A stretch of DNA of 64,000 nucleotides from Lama guanicoe (Eukaryota). The notes under the pieces were generated by a model. That model was not told where the DNA came from. It was given only the letters and a program-made list of their open reading frames with translations, and ran no database searches. The stretch lies in NCBI GenBank assembly GCA_013239625.1, contig MU053652.1, positions 1,490,001 to 1,554,000 on the forward strand. The letters are read 5' to 3'. The position numbers were made by a program, and so were the translations under genes. Positions 38,276-50,804 of this stretch are shown here, one piece after another (positions within the stretch are counted from its first letter, which is position 1; each line of letters opens with the position of its first letter).

Positions 38276-39764
38276 GGAAGTGAGGACCTTCTTCAAAAGA
38301 TGAGGAAACAGATATGTGGGGACGATGAGAGACTGAACCGAGAATACTCGGCTAAAAGGCAGCAGGGTCCCTGGACCCGAGCATCTCAGATTAGCCCAGC
38401 AGTCTTTAGGCCCGCACGTGCTGCGTCCAGCATCGTTCCCAGGCTGTCAGTCTGGCTCTCTGTCTGGCTGGCTTCTCATAGCAGGAAACTCTGACGTTTG
38501 CTGACTTGTCTGCCGGGAGAGGCTTGGGGCCACGGGAACAGAACAGTTCAAGCCTAAATGGATGTGGATTTTGAATGCCTGTGTGTATTATATCATACCT
38601 GTCTGTTACAGAGGGTTTGTTTGGATCGATTGGAATATTTATCAAGGAATTATTCAGTTTTTTATAGAATTTGGTGTGTGGTCCCCCTGTGTCTGCCTGT
38701 CTCTGATTATCCTCTTATAGTATCAGGGCCATCCTCCCATGGCCTCTGATGTTCCCTGGAATCCAGCATCTGTGTTTCCCCTCTCTCTTTGTGGAGGTAA
38801 TACTATAGCTGATAACTCAGCCCTTCAACAAGGGCTTGTCAGCGGAACAGCTGGGCGCAGCTGTCAGCACCTCTGGTCCCTCCTCCCTGCTCCTCCGTGC
38901 TCTTCTGGGTGGGCGTTCACTCACCAGGGGCCTCACAACCCGCCCCCCCACCGTCTGACACCTTCCTGCTGACTGCAGTGACCTCCTTAGGAAGCTGTCT
39001 GACCAACATCCTTCTTCAGAACTGCCCTCTGTGTTCTTCCAGACTCGTGGTCCTGGTTGTCGGTGAAGTCAGGGCTCCATCACGGGGCCTGCCCTTGACC
39101 TGTCCACGGTGCAGAGAGCCCAGGACAGGAAGCCAGGCAACCCGGGTTCCCATTCCAGCTTGCTGGGTGACCTTGGGTAAGCCTGTCAGGACACACACCT
39201 ATCACATCAAAGAGTCACCCCAGTGATTCTCAAACTGGTCTATGGGACTGCAGGTCTCTCTCTGCAGAAGCAGTTTGAATTTTATTCGAAAACTATTTTT
39301 ATAGCTATAATAGAAAAACACAGCTCCAATGCCAAATATCAACCAATTACGAACCAACATGGTAATTTGTTTTGCTCGGCTGACTCATATTGCACAAACC
39401 TTAGAATAGAGCTTTTTCTGCCATCTGTGTATGTGCATATGTATATGTGTGTGTATGTGCGTGTGTGTTTGTGTATATAGCTGTACACACACATACTACT
39501 TTTTAACATGTCTTTGGTTTGGAAGGTTGTAATTCTGTACTGATTTGTTTAAAATTCAGGCCTTGGCATATCTTCACCCACTAAATAGTGCCAGCAAGTG
39601 CATTACTACAGCACGTCCCCCTGTCTCCCCATGAGCATTAACCACCAGGTGGGGCTCAGACACACGTGCGCTAGGCATGCACTTGTCATACGTAACCGTC
39701 AGTTTACTGAGTAAAACATACGACACGGTGCTTTGTGGTAACACAGGCTGGGCCTGCCTTTAAT

Positions 39765-40300
39765 AAACTTTTTATTTTGGAATAATTTTATTTTTTTATA
39801 TTAAATTACTTATTGAAATACAGTTACAATGTGTCACTTTCTAGGATACAGCACAATGTCCCAGTCATGCATATACATACACATATTCATTTTTATATGG
39901 AATAATTTTAGATTTACAGAAAACTTGCTGAGATGGTATGGAGAGATCCCCTGTACCCTTCACCCAGCTTCCCCCAACAGACGCACAGCACCATTGTCAG
40001 AACGAGGCAGTGAACATTGGAGCAGTGCTATGAACCGAATTACAGACTCGATTCAGACTTCACCCGTTCTCCCCTTGCTGTCCTTCCCTGTTCTGGGAGC
40101 CTCGCTGGCAAGCCACGTGACGCTGGGGTCTCATGTCTCCTTAGGCTCCTCCACTCTGTGACACGTTTTCAATCCTTTCCTGTGTCGATGATCTTGACAC
40201 TTAAGGAGAGTGCTGGGCATGTAGTTTGTAGACTCTCCCTGAGTTTGGGTCTGTCTGATGTTTGCTCATGATTAGACCGAGGTTATGAGACTGCGGGAAG
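39765..40300 (-). mobile_element. L1MB/MC 3' end containing a younger insertion
   Basis: ttttattttggaataattttagatttacagaaaacttgc...tacccttcacccagcttcccc once the 39791-39897 insert is removed. Confidence 0.8.
39791..39897 (-). mobile_element. 5'-truncated young L1 tail with 13-bp TSD
   Basis: tggaataatttta occurs at 39778-39790 and 39898-39910. The insert starts T-rich and resembles the copy at about 51870-51960. Confidence 0.85.
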
Positions 40301-42740
40301 CAGACTGCCTGGGCTGACCATGTCAATGCGCTGAGGTGTTGCCCACGAGTAGCCAGATTAGTATTTCCTCTTCTTGAGCTGGACTGAGGAACGATGAGCC
40401 ATAATGACTGAAACCTTGAATACTTCTGCTTTCATTCCCCAAAAAAGATACGAAAAGGATTGAGTGGAGGTGGCCCCTCATCAGGAATCGCTGTGACCGT
40501 CAAGCGTGTGAAGGCGGAGGGACCCTTGAGAAGCAGCTCTCAGTAAAGTCCCTGAGACCTTGGCCAAGGCCCGAGGGGGAACAGCTGATTCTGTATTTTG
40601 TGTCACTTCTGAACAATTGGGGAGAACTGGATAAGGGGAAGGATCTGTGAGTCACTCATCTCAATAATTAGGAATTACTTGATACTGTTGGAAACTGAAT
40701 GTCTGAGGAGGACAGTCATACTGTGTGTGTGTGTGTGTGTGAGGGTGTGGAAGTGTGAGAGTGTGAGTATATATATATATATGTGCATCTGTATATGACT
40801 GGGATTATGTCAGTGTGACTATGTGAGTGAGTGTGTGTGTGATTGTGGAACTGAAAACGGGTGGGAAATCAGGACTGAGATGTGGTCCTCGTCTGAGCCT
40901 GGATCTGAGTCCTTCCTTCACTTTATTCAATAACTCTACATCTCATCTCCTTCCACCCATGAGAGGAGGATGAGAGTACCTGCCCCTACCAACCCCAGAG
41001 AGTTACCATGGGAAGAAATACGTTTAAGCATGCTCGGGAGAAATGTAATGTGACATGCATGTGAAGGATGGTATTATCACCAAGGACAGCGAGAGGAGCA
41101 GGAGCCGGCAATTACTGGTCAGAGAGGTGAGGGAGAGAGAACAGGGACTGGAAAGAGAGTGAGGATCTAGAAACACAGGCTTGATTAAAACTCCAGTGTA
41201 AATTTTGTGCTTGAGTCGGTGCTTTGAATTCCAAGGTCAGAAGAGCCTTCTGTGTAGATCCAGGGAGCCACACACTCGCTGCCTGGCTTCCCCGTTGCCG
41301 GCCTGATCTCCGTTCCTAACAGTGACTTGCTGCTGAAGTCCAGTATATTATAGACTAATTAAGGCTGTTAATGATAATGGCAATCCAGTAAGTAATCGAT
41401 GAATATTATCCTGATCCATCTCTGTCACCCTCCTCTCATCAGGCCATTAAGGTGACAAGCTTCATGGAGCACAGTAATCTTCCTTCTGTCAGCCCCCTTG
41501 GTGCCTTTCTCCCTGGAACAGCTATGGGCTCTCTGGGGCTGCGTCATGTAAAGATGTCACTCGTGGGCCAGATGACCCAGCTCCTCCATCCCGAGTGTGT
41601 TCCATCCTGAGGCCTGGGCATGTGCAGTCCTCGTTTTTGTGCTCCCGCCCCCTCCCCTAGTATTCTTGCAGAGACTTGGGATATGAATTGAGAGCAAAGG
41701 AAGCAATGTTTTGTCGGTAAGGACTGGTTTAATAAATGAGGGTCCACCCAAACAAGAATTTCTAGAGAGTCTCAAAAAAAAGAAGGTGGAACTCTTTTAT
41801 CTATTGATATAGAGTGATCTTTATGATATATTAAGTGCTAGATGCAAGACAGTGAGTATAATATGGTACCTGGTCATAGGGTGGCGTCCTTAGTGACAGG
41901 TGGGCCACCCTTAGCTCTGCAGGCCAAGCCACACGTAACTGAGAGGGCATTTCAGTCCTCCCTGGTCCACAGGCGTTGGGTGAGGTCCTAGCTCAACAGG
42001 AAGCATCTAGTGGTTTCTCCACATCCTCAGGCTGTTGGCTGCTATAACACCCTCTCCTTACCTATGTCCCAGCTGGACACACAGTGTTGGCAGCTGGTTT
42101 GGAAAGTGCAAGTTGGGGAGGGGAGGAGGCTTTGGGATTTTCACTAAAAAAAGAACTCGAGCAAACTCTCTCCCTTGTTCAAAGGCTAAAACTGGGAACC
42201 AGAAGAAAGAATGTCTTATAGTCAAAGGCCCCCATGTAAAGCACTTTCTTTCACTCTCAGACATTGATTCATCATCTTTAATTTTGGATGGGGACATGCA
42301 TATCACATATTCTTTCAAACCACAAATCAACTGCCATCTTTCTCTTCATCGTCTTCCTCTTTCAATCTCCCGTGAAGGAGTGATAGTGGCTGGGGACCAT
42401 CTATTTCCCTGGCACCGAGGCTGAAAGGGGCCAGGATAACAAATGTCCCATCAGAACCAAGTAATGTTCTCTGCTGAATTGAGATGTGCCTTCCCCGTCA
42501 CCCAGCTCTTTTGATGGTCAGGAAGCAGGGAGCTGCAGAGCCAGCTGCTGCCTGGGTGGCCCAGACTGGGGAGCTGAGAGAAGCTGCTGGTTAGGAGGGC
42601 TCTGAAGGTGGCCAGGAGGATGGTGTTCCTCAGAACACAGGCCGCCACACAATCTCATTACGGCCAATTCTGTGGTCTGCCGGTGGGGCCAGGAAGCTTG
42701 ACAAGGGGAAGGGAGTAGTTCCTGCTGGTGATAGTGATAT

Positions 42741-42910
42741 TCTTTTTTGTTTTTGTTTTTGGCTTCATGTTCTTTTTGATTATAGGTTACTGCAAGATAT
42801 TGAATATAGCTCCCTGTGCTTTATGGTATAAACTTGTTGTTTATCTATTTTATATACTTTAGTTAGTATTTGCCAATCTCAGACTCCAAGTTTATCCCTT
42901 CCCACCCCCT
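42741..42910 (-). mobile_element. Young L1 3' UTR fragment
   Basis: ttataggttactgcaagatattgaatatagctccctgtgct...aaacttgttgtttatcta is near-identical in pattern to 51970-52100. Confidence 0.8.
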
Positions 42911-43784
42911 TGAACGATAGTAATTTCTGAATGTTGACCGTTGCGCTAAGCATGGCACAGTAATCCCATGATGCACGGCTGCTCCACTTACCCAGGAGAG
43001 GAGGCTGAGTCAGTCTAGGAGCAGAAGTCGTACAGGTGGGGTTTGCACCATGCTTTGTTTGAATCCAGAGTCCTTGTGCTTACTGATTCCTCTAGACCAC
43101 TGACTCAAATATTTTTGGCTGCAGCCCGCAGGAAGAAATGTATTTTACCTCATGCACATACACATTTGAAATTAAAAATTTTCACAAAGCAGTATTTACC
43201 CTCACTAGTATGTGATGCATTCTGATTTTTTTGTTGTTGTTGTTCTATATTTTTAAAGGCTAGTTAGCACTAAATTGGTTTCACAACTCACTGATGGATT
43301 GTGAATCCTGTTTGTAGACGACTCCTCTTGGTGCATGTGAGAGTAATTTCAACTACAAAGAGCAATTCTGATCAAGGCATGTTTCTCTGACCCTGGGACC
43401 TGCTTGTCCTCAGCTTGTTTGTGCTGCGTGGGTTGGGGAGACTCCAGAGGCCATTTTAAGGGGATGGATATGAGCCAGCAATCCGGTGGTAGAATTGACA
43501 CCCCTTGCTGTATCCAGCACGGTGTTAGGCTCTGTGGAGATTCCGAACCTGCACACTCAAGTTCCTGCCCTGGGGGAGTTTGTAATCTTCCTCAAAGAGC
43601 ATCATCGTGTGAAATAACTGAAGAACAATATCAGATAAAATCCTTAAGGGAGCTGAAGGAACATGAGGGACCTCCACCATTATTTGTCCACACACAAGCC
43701 TTTCCGGAAACAGCCGCAGACCCAAATGAGCTTACACTTAAAACATCTTACTTCTCCTTTATCATCTTCCTCCTCCTCCTCCTT

Positions 43785-44225
43785 CTTAATAGGCACTACA
43801 TTTGTAAGATTCAAGACTTCAAAGGGTCCAAAGGCAGGTCGTTGTAATTCCCCCTCCCGTCCCTATCCTCAGCTACCTAATGCCCTATCTGTAGGTAACC
43901 AACTTTTCTAATTTCTTGTTTATCCTCCCAGAAATAATCTGACACCCATAAGAAAGAGTAACTTAATTTTTCTTTTTTAAAAACACAAATTATATCATAT
44001 TTTACTCATTGTCTTGCATCTAGTACTGAATATATCTTGGGGATCACTGCATATCCACAGATAAAGAGTTCTACCTTCTTTTTTTGCAACTCTCTAGAAA
44101 TTCTTGTTTGGGTGGACCATAATTTATTAACCAATCCCTTACTGATAAAACATGGAGAGTGTTTCTAATCTGGTGCCATGACAGATAACAGAGCAGTGAA
44201 TGACCTCCTTACGTTGGGTTATGTG
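43785..44225 (-). mobile_element. L1M 3' relic
   Basis: ggtaaccaacttttctaatttcttgtttatcctcccagaaat...accataatttattaaccaatcccttactgata. Confidence 0.7.
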
Positions 44226-44499
44226 TCTAGATCTGGTCCAACAAGTTGGGACCCGTAGCACCTCTACCTACATCTCCATCCTTGCGTTCTGCCATGCCCT
44301 CCCTTGCTTGCATCCTCAGCTCCAAGTCTGTCAGCTGCCTTCTCAGTTGTCTCCAGCTACTAGGCCTCTGCACACTGCTCCTTCTCCTTGGAATATGTAT
44401 TCCCTTCTCCCCTGCCAACACCCAACTCACCCTCCAGGTCAGCTTGAGAAATACTTCCTCATCCTCAAAACATTCGGTAATCAATCACTCGATGCTATG

Positions 44500-44865
44500 C
44501 AGAATGGCTCTAAAAGTCCTTACACAGATTGAAATTTTAATAAATTCACTTCCATATATGATATGAACAATCTGCAAGATAAAACACAGAGGGAATTTAA
44601 TCATAATATACTATATTTAATTACAGAAATGTTGCCTTTTGACATATCCAATATCATTTTAGATACATTTGGATATAACCATTCCATATAGTGTGTAGTT
44701 TATTACTTGGAGAAAGAAAGAAATGAGAACAAATGAATCATAAAAAATTCCACTGAAATTTTGAGTAAATTCCTTTGCTGTTGCATTTTGCAAATTGTTT
44801 ACATATTATATAGACATGAATTTATTAAAAATTCAAGCTGCCTAAGAACTTTATGGATATCCTAA
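44500..44865. mobile_element. Possible mariner-type MITE (MARNA-like)
   Basis: AT-rich body with degenerate inverted ends (taaaagtccttacaca / tgcctaagaacttta). Confidence 0.4.
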
Positions 44866-44885
44866 ATTAAGTTGTTTTTTTTTTA

Positions 44886-46161
44886 CCATATTTCATCTAA
44901 CATGTACGCATTACATTTAACATTTCTAAAATTAGAATATATCTTTCTATTAATACCATCTTGCAATGCTGTGGACTGGGCAGCAGTCTCGATGCTGTTA
45001 GCATTGTCTGGGCAAGCACAGACCTGGTCGTGGTTGTTCGTACTGCTGTCACTTCAGTTGAGTTAGGCGTGTTACTGATATTACATGTTTTGGGTTTAAT
45101 TTATATTTAATGTATCTTCAAAAAGTTCACACTCTGATTTGGCACCGCAGCAAACAGCTTATACAGAGAGGCTGGGAAACAGAACAGGTTGTCAATATTA
45201 TATTAGCAAAGCAGATTTTTATCATTGGAAAGATAATATGAATTTAATATATTCTTGCAGTGTAATAATCAAATGCTGTACAATACAAGGCTGTTATGGG
45301 CTAAAATTCATATGTTGAAGCCCCAGCCTCCAATGTGACTGTATTTGAAAACAAGTCCTTTAAAGAGGTAAATGAGGTTAAATGAGGTCATAAGGGTAGA
45401 GCCCTATTCCAGTATGACTGGTGTCCTTATGAGAAAAGGAAGAGATACCAAGGGTGCATGTGCACAGAGAAAAGGCCATGTGAGGACACAGCAAGAAGAC
45501 AGTCATCTGAAGAGGCCAAGGAGAGGCCTCAGGAGAAATCATCCCTGCCAACACCTTGACCTTGGACTTTCAGCCTCCGGAACTGTGAGAAAATAAATCT
45601 CTGTTGTTTAAGTCACCCAGTCTGTGGTATTTTGTCACAGCAGCCCTAGCAAACCAACACAGGGACCTAAGAAAGAAAGACTCCCACAAGTAGATGAAGC
45701 TTTGTTACATTTTGTTGCTGACATGGGGGTGAAAGAATTGTCTATCACAGGGCAGGCATGAAGACATCCAACATCCAGTTTGCATAACAGGTGTCAGTGG
45801 TTTGGAAGAGTCCAGGAGACAGTGGTGGCACATACTTTTAAGAAATGCTGTTTCATCCATCATCCATCCATGGCGCCATTTTCAACTAGCAGTTGAAAAG
45901 TGTTTCAGAGGAGCTAGACTCTGAATAACATGTTTTAGAAACACCGTAACCAATTTATCTCGATTATCTTTCCCTTTTTGTCTGCATGAGAGTAATAACA
46001 ACAAAAAATCTATCTGAATGATTCTAAGTTTTCCAATAAGTCTAAACGTTCCAAGTGATACCAAAGCATTGCACTTAATTATCAGTGTGCTTTTTAATTT
46101 ATTTTTTAGTGATACCTAAACTAATGGCATTCAATGGCATCCTGGATTTGATGAAATATGG
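44886..46161. mobile_element. Tigger/pogo-type DNA transposon (Tigger13a-like), split by an MLT1 LTR
   Basis: Perfect 12-bp TIR ccatatttcatc (44886-44897) / gatgaaatatgg (46150-46161), with TA on the left flank. Confidence 0.75.
45292..45661 (+). mobile_element. MLT1A/B solo LTR
   Basis: tgttatgggct...gactggtgtccttatgagaaaaggaag...cttgaccttggactttcagcctccggaactgtgagaaaataaatctctgttgtttaag...aacaca. Confidence 0.92.
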
Positions 46162-46258
46162 TGTATTAGTTTGCTCTGGCTGCCATAACAAAATACCACA
46201 GACTGGGTGGCTTAAACAGCTGTTGTTTTGGGTTTTTTTCCCACAGTTCTGGGGGCTT
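46162..46258 (-). mobile_element. MLT1 LTR terminal fragment
   Basis: tgtattagtttgctctggctgccataacaaaataccacagactgggtggcttaaaca. Confidence 0.8.
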
Positions 46259-48656
46259 TAAACTATATTTGGGAAGCCTCATCTTTTATTCTGCAAGGCC
46301 CCCTGAATGGCACCTTTGGTTCTGTGGAGTGGCACCCACCTGTGCTGGGGAAACTGTGGGTGAGGGGAGGCAGGGTTGACTTCATGCAGATGTAAAGATA
46401 AGGTCACCATCCTCAGAGGTGAACTTTGATGAAGACAGGGATGCAGTGAGGTTGCTGCTGGGGAGGCCAACCTTATAGAACACATGGGAGGAGTGCCCAC
46501 TGGAACTGGGAAGGCCAGGACGCATGGACCGATTCTCAAGGACCTTAGGAATCGTTGGCAACTTGGAAAAGAGAAGATGACCTGCTTGTCAAGCAGGGGG
46601 TGCTCAGAGGCGCTGCTGTTTGTGAGCTGAATATAAATGAGCATTTGTCCCCACAGGCTGAGACGTTCCGGTGACACACACACCAGAGCGTCTCTTGCTC
46701 CCTCTTAGCTCAAAATGCTTCCCTAACATCATTTTTTTTTTTTCCTTTCCTTTCATATCATCAGGGTAAAAGAGAGGAGCTAAGGTGGCTCAGTAACCAT
46801 GAGGACTAATGTCCCGCATCTTTTTTTGTATGATTTTTACCCAGGTATTTTTATGTAGTCTTCAACTGTCCCAGGCCCAGACTTGCCATGATGAGTGTGA
46901 TCTGCTCGTGACAACATGGGGCAGGCAGGAGGGGGAACAGGGCTGTGCCTGGCGTGAGAGCTGCCTCCAATTAAGGGCCAGAGACGGGGAACTGAGAGGC
47001 CGACTCTGCTAAGTTTGGGCCCGGGCACTCCGTCACTTCGGCGGGACAGTGCTGCTATGGGTGACAGCAGTGCCCAGCTGGCTGTTGGGGCTTTGGGCAG
47101 CCTCCCGGATGGGAGGAGACAAGGGGAACCCCTACCCAAGGTAGAAAACTTTACAGTGAGAGAAACGGGACGCAGCCACTGTAAGCTTCCTGCCTCGGTT
47201 GAGATTGGGAGACTGGCTCCAGATCTGGGTAGGGGCTGGGGGGGTGGGAAGGCCCGGTATTCCGCCTGTAGGAGAAGGGAAGGCAGAGGCAGGGGAAGTG
47301 AGGGAAGGCCTGGCACTCGTGGTTTGGGGGAGTCCTTTTCTTATTTTATTTATTTGCTTGTTTATGCACTTACTGCCAGAGGAACTACAACATAGCAGGG
47401 GTAGGGAAACTGAGGTACAGGGCGGGCCAGTGCTAATTCTGCCAAGGGTTTCTCACAGACTTGGAAGACAACTTTGACCTCTGTTTGTCAGCCTTCCAGA
47501 ATCTTCTTAGGCAAGAGCCAGAGTGGAGGGCAAGAGGCAGCTGAGAGCCAGTCTGAGGGCATCTGTGCTGATTTTCTCCTCCCGCTTAAAGGGCCCTTTC
47601 AGTGTCTCAGAGCCCCGCGTGGCCTCTCCCCTGTGCATGATGTGGAAAATTGCCTTCTCGTGCGCTCAAGGCAGCCAAGGAGGGCATGGTCTGCGCGGGG
47701 GCCCTGTTCTCGTCTCTTTGTCAATTCCTCCGTGACAGCTGCAGACGCAGAGACCACACTTCAATTATGTGCCCAGCAGGTGAGGGGTGCTTGGACAGGG
47801 GCCATCATGTTGAGATCAAGGAGGTAATTCATCCTTTTTACATACCCGTGGTCTGAGCGAGGATTGTGCATACAGATTGTGGCCTTGGCCTGGGAGCAGG
47901 GGAGAAAAGGTGGAGGGAGGGAGAAAAGGAGAGAGAGAGACAGAAAGAGAGAGAGACAGAGAAAGGGAGGAAAGGGCAAGGATGCTGAGAGCCAAGGGAA
48001 TGATCAAAAGGCCCTTAGGGAATAAGCTTGTAAACCATGTGTGTCTGCATTCTCTCCCCCTCATCCCGTCATTCTGGGCATTTCTGCAAAGGACTACTTC
48101 TGCATCAGGAAATACCAAGAAGACTTGAGGCAGTTGCTTCAAGGGAGGGTGAAGATGTGTGTTGGGGCTGCTGGGTGGAGCAGAATTCTTCCCACCTCAC
48201 TACCTGCTCCATCCTTTGGGTTCAGCTAGCTGTGGTTTTTTTCAAACTTATTCAAATGCTAGATGTGAAGGCTGGCTGGGGTGCCCCCAAAGGAGACCTG
48301 GATGATTCAGCATGTGAAACCAGTTGCATTTTGGGAAGAGAGTGATTCATAAGGAGCTACTAGGGTGAGAAGTCTTTTATCAAGCAAGGCCATCTTACTG
48401 GGGTGCAGTGGGGGGAAGGATATGGGTGGCAGCCGTGGAAAATCTGACCCTCTCAGGCTTGAGGTGAATCCAGGAGGGCGGCAGCTGGAGCAAGATTTTG
48501 GCAAGTGGCTACTGCTGCTCCCCGGGCCTGTGATAGCCTTGCTTTGAGCCCAGGTGAAGGGTGCTTGGACGTCTGCACAGCGACCATGGGATGCAGGCAA
48601 AGGGATGGGACAAGAGCCACTGGCTACAAAGTCCTGTCAATCCTGGGGCGTTGCTC

Positions 48657-48674
48657 TGTGTGTGTGTGTGTGTG

Positions 48675-48705
<31 letters not shown>

Positions 48706-48754
48706 TGGGGCATTGTTACTCTGTGTGTGTATTGCGTGTGTATGTGTGTGTGTG
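48657..48754. repeat. Compound (TG)n microsatellite
   Basis: About 24 TG units with one CG interruption, then a second imperfect TG block. Confidence 0.95.
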
Positions 48755-49904
48755 TCGGGGCAGTGTTGCTGTGTATTGGTGACAGGGGATGGAATTTCTG
48801 TGTGTACCATGCTCGGAAGCTCCGACCTGATTCTGCTGGTGGCAAATGAGAAGATATTGAAGGGAGGGGGGAAGACAGGGAATGCAGTGGCCAGGTTTGC
48901 ACTTTGGAAAGCCTGGTCTGGAGGAAGACAGACGGGCTGTGGGGACACTGGGCAAGGCGGTTGCCGTGGTTGACCAAAGAGATGACGAGCTTGAGTCAGG
49001 GAAGCCGGTGGGGGAATGTGAGAAACCCTGAGGAGGTGAAATTGTCAGGAGCACAACCTCACCTTTAAGGATTCAGTTATGGAGTGAGTACTTGTTGATG
49101 GTGGTCCCAAACCGAGGAAGGAATAACAGGCTCAGGATGAGAACACTGAGGCCCACTGTTTCTCAGTCACCTTGAGCAAATCGTGTTGGCTGGGGCAATT
49201 AGCTACCCTGCTTCTTTTGGAGACCTTTGATCTCTGCAGCCCACTCAGAACACTGGCTTCATTGATTTAGTTTCTCTCTCTCCATCTCCGCACCCAACCT
49301 CCCCCCACACACTGTCTCCTCTTGGCCCAGGAGTATTTTGAGTTGAAGGGAAAGTCTGGTTAGGATGGAAGGAGCCTTGAATAGGACCAGGCATAGGCTT
49401 TCCTTCCTGTAATGTTCCCAGGCTTGAAGCTGAGGGTCTCTGTGCCCGCTAAGCCCCCCACACCAATTGGGTCTGGGCACTTGGCTCTGGGTCCCAAGAC
49501 GAGAGAGATCCAGCAAGCTGATCTTGGGCTCCAAGTGATGTAGAAGGGTCTCTGAGATTCCTGATTGTTTTCACTGGTCATCAGCAAAAATGGAGAAGAC
49601 AGGGAGGATGTGGCATTTTTCATAAATCTAGATTTATTTGGTTTAGATTTCTGCTTTTATCCTTAGATTATGTTATCCCCATTTTGTGGTGTTAACAAGT
49701 CACTTGAAAAATGAAATGACAGTGATAATAGGATTTATTTTTAATGTGCTTATTTGGCAAAATATAAAGTTGGCAATCCTGTGTTGATCTACCCTCCCCC
49801 AAATTATTTTGAAATCTTCTTGGCATGTGAACAGTCAGAGTCTGGGAACTATGGAGATAGAAGCTACATTTCTGCTTCAAAAGATAGTGTAATGGGTGAG
49901 AGCC

Positions 49905-50401
49905 TGGTGGGGCTCAGGACACGCCACCCCCAAATATGGCATCTTGGCACAGTGAATATTTCAAGCTGAAGGAATTTGAGAAATAGCAGGTGCAGGAGCG
50001 ACTTTTTGATCTCCCCCTGAAGCAGGTCATAGACCCTCGTGTGAGAAGTGCCCTCCCTCTATCTAGAGAAAAAAGAGCATCCTTATCTCTGAAGACAGAG
50101 GGATACCAAGAAGAATCTGAATGAACAAGCCTTGTTAAGTTTCCCCCAGTTTCCTACTCTTGGTCCATTCCCCTTGTCCTACCATGTTTTCCCACATCTT
50201 TCCTCTCTTCATCAAACCGAGCATGAAAACACTCAGGTTTAACCACTTCTTTGGGTCTTTATTTCCTTATGAAGTTTCCCACGTCACATAACATTTATAT
50301 TAAATAAGTCTGTATGCTTTTCTCTTGTGAATCTGTCTTGTTACAGTGGCCCAGCCATGATCCCAAGGTCACGGAGAGAAAGATATTTTTCCTCCCCTAC
50401 G
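49905..50401 (+). mobile_element. MER34/MER39-like ERV1 solo LTR inserted in a MIR
   Basis: Starts tggtggggctcaggacacgccacccccaaatatggcatcttggca and ends ttcctcccctacg. There is a 4-bp TSD agcc (49901-49904, 50402-50405) and the flanks rejoin as a MIR. Confidence 0.85.
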
Positions 50402-50804
50402 AGCCCAACTCTGGACCCAGACAGTCTGGGCTCACTCAGGGCTCCCACATTTGCTGTGTGTCTCCGGGCTTCAAGTTCCTGCTCTTTGAAATGGGAGTCA
50501 TGTAGTACCTATCTTATAGGGTTGTGGGAGCTAAATACGTTTATACATTCTCTATTATTATTAGTTCTAAAGAGTCCCATTAAAAATATGATTTCCTTGC
50601 CTACCAAGTGTTGTAATTCCAGAAATTCTACCCGGGAGACTTGGACTGTTTCCACTCCGGTGGATTAATCCGATCTGTCTCCTACTCCTTTGCCATTTAG
50701 GGCTTTGATGAAATGAAGGGGCAAAAAGAACAAGGGATCGAAAGGAGAAAAAGGCAAGGGGATGCTCTAGAGCTCTGTGCATGCTCTAGTTATGGGGCCA
50801 ACAG

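Noticed and set aside
48505..49054. Overlapping ORFs with CVCV/HTHT runs
   Set aside because: Translation of the TG microsatellite.
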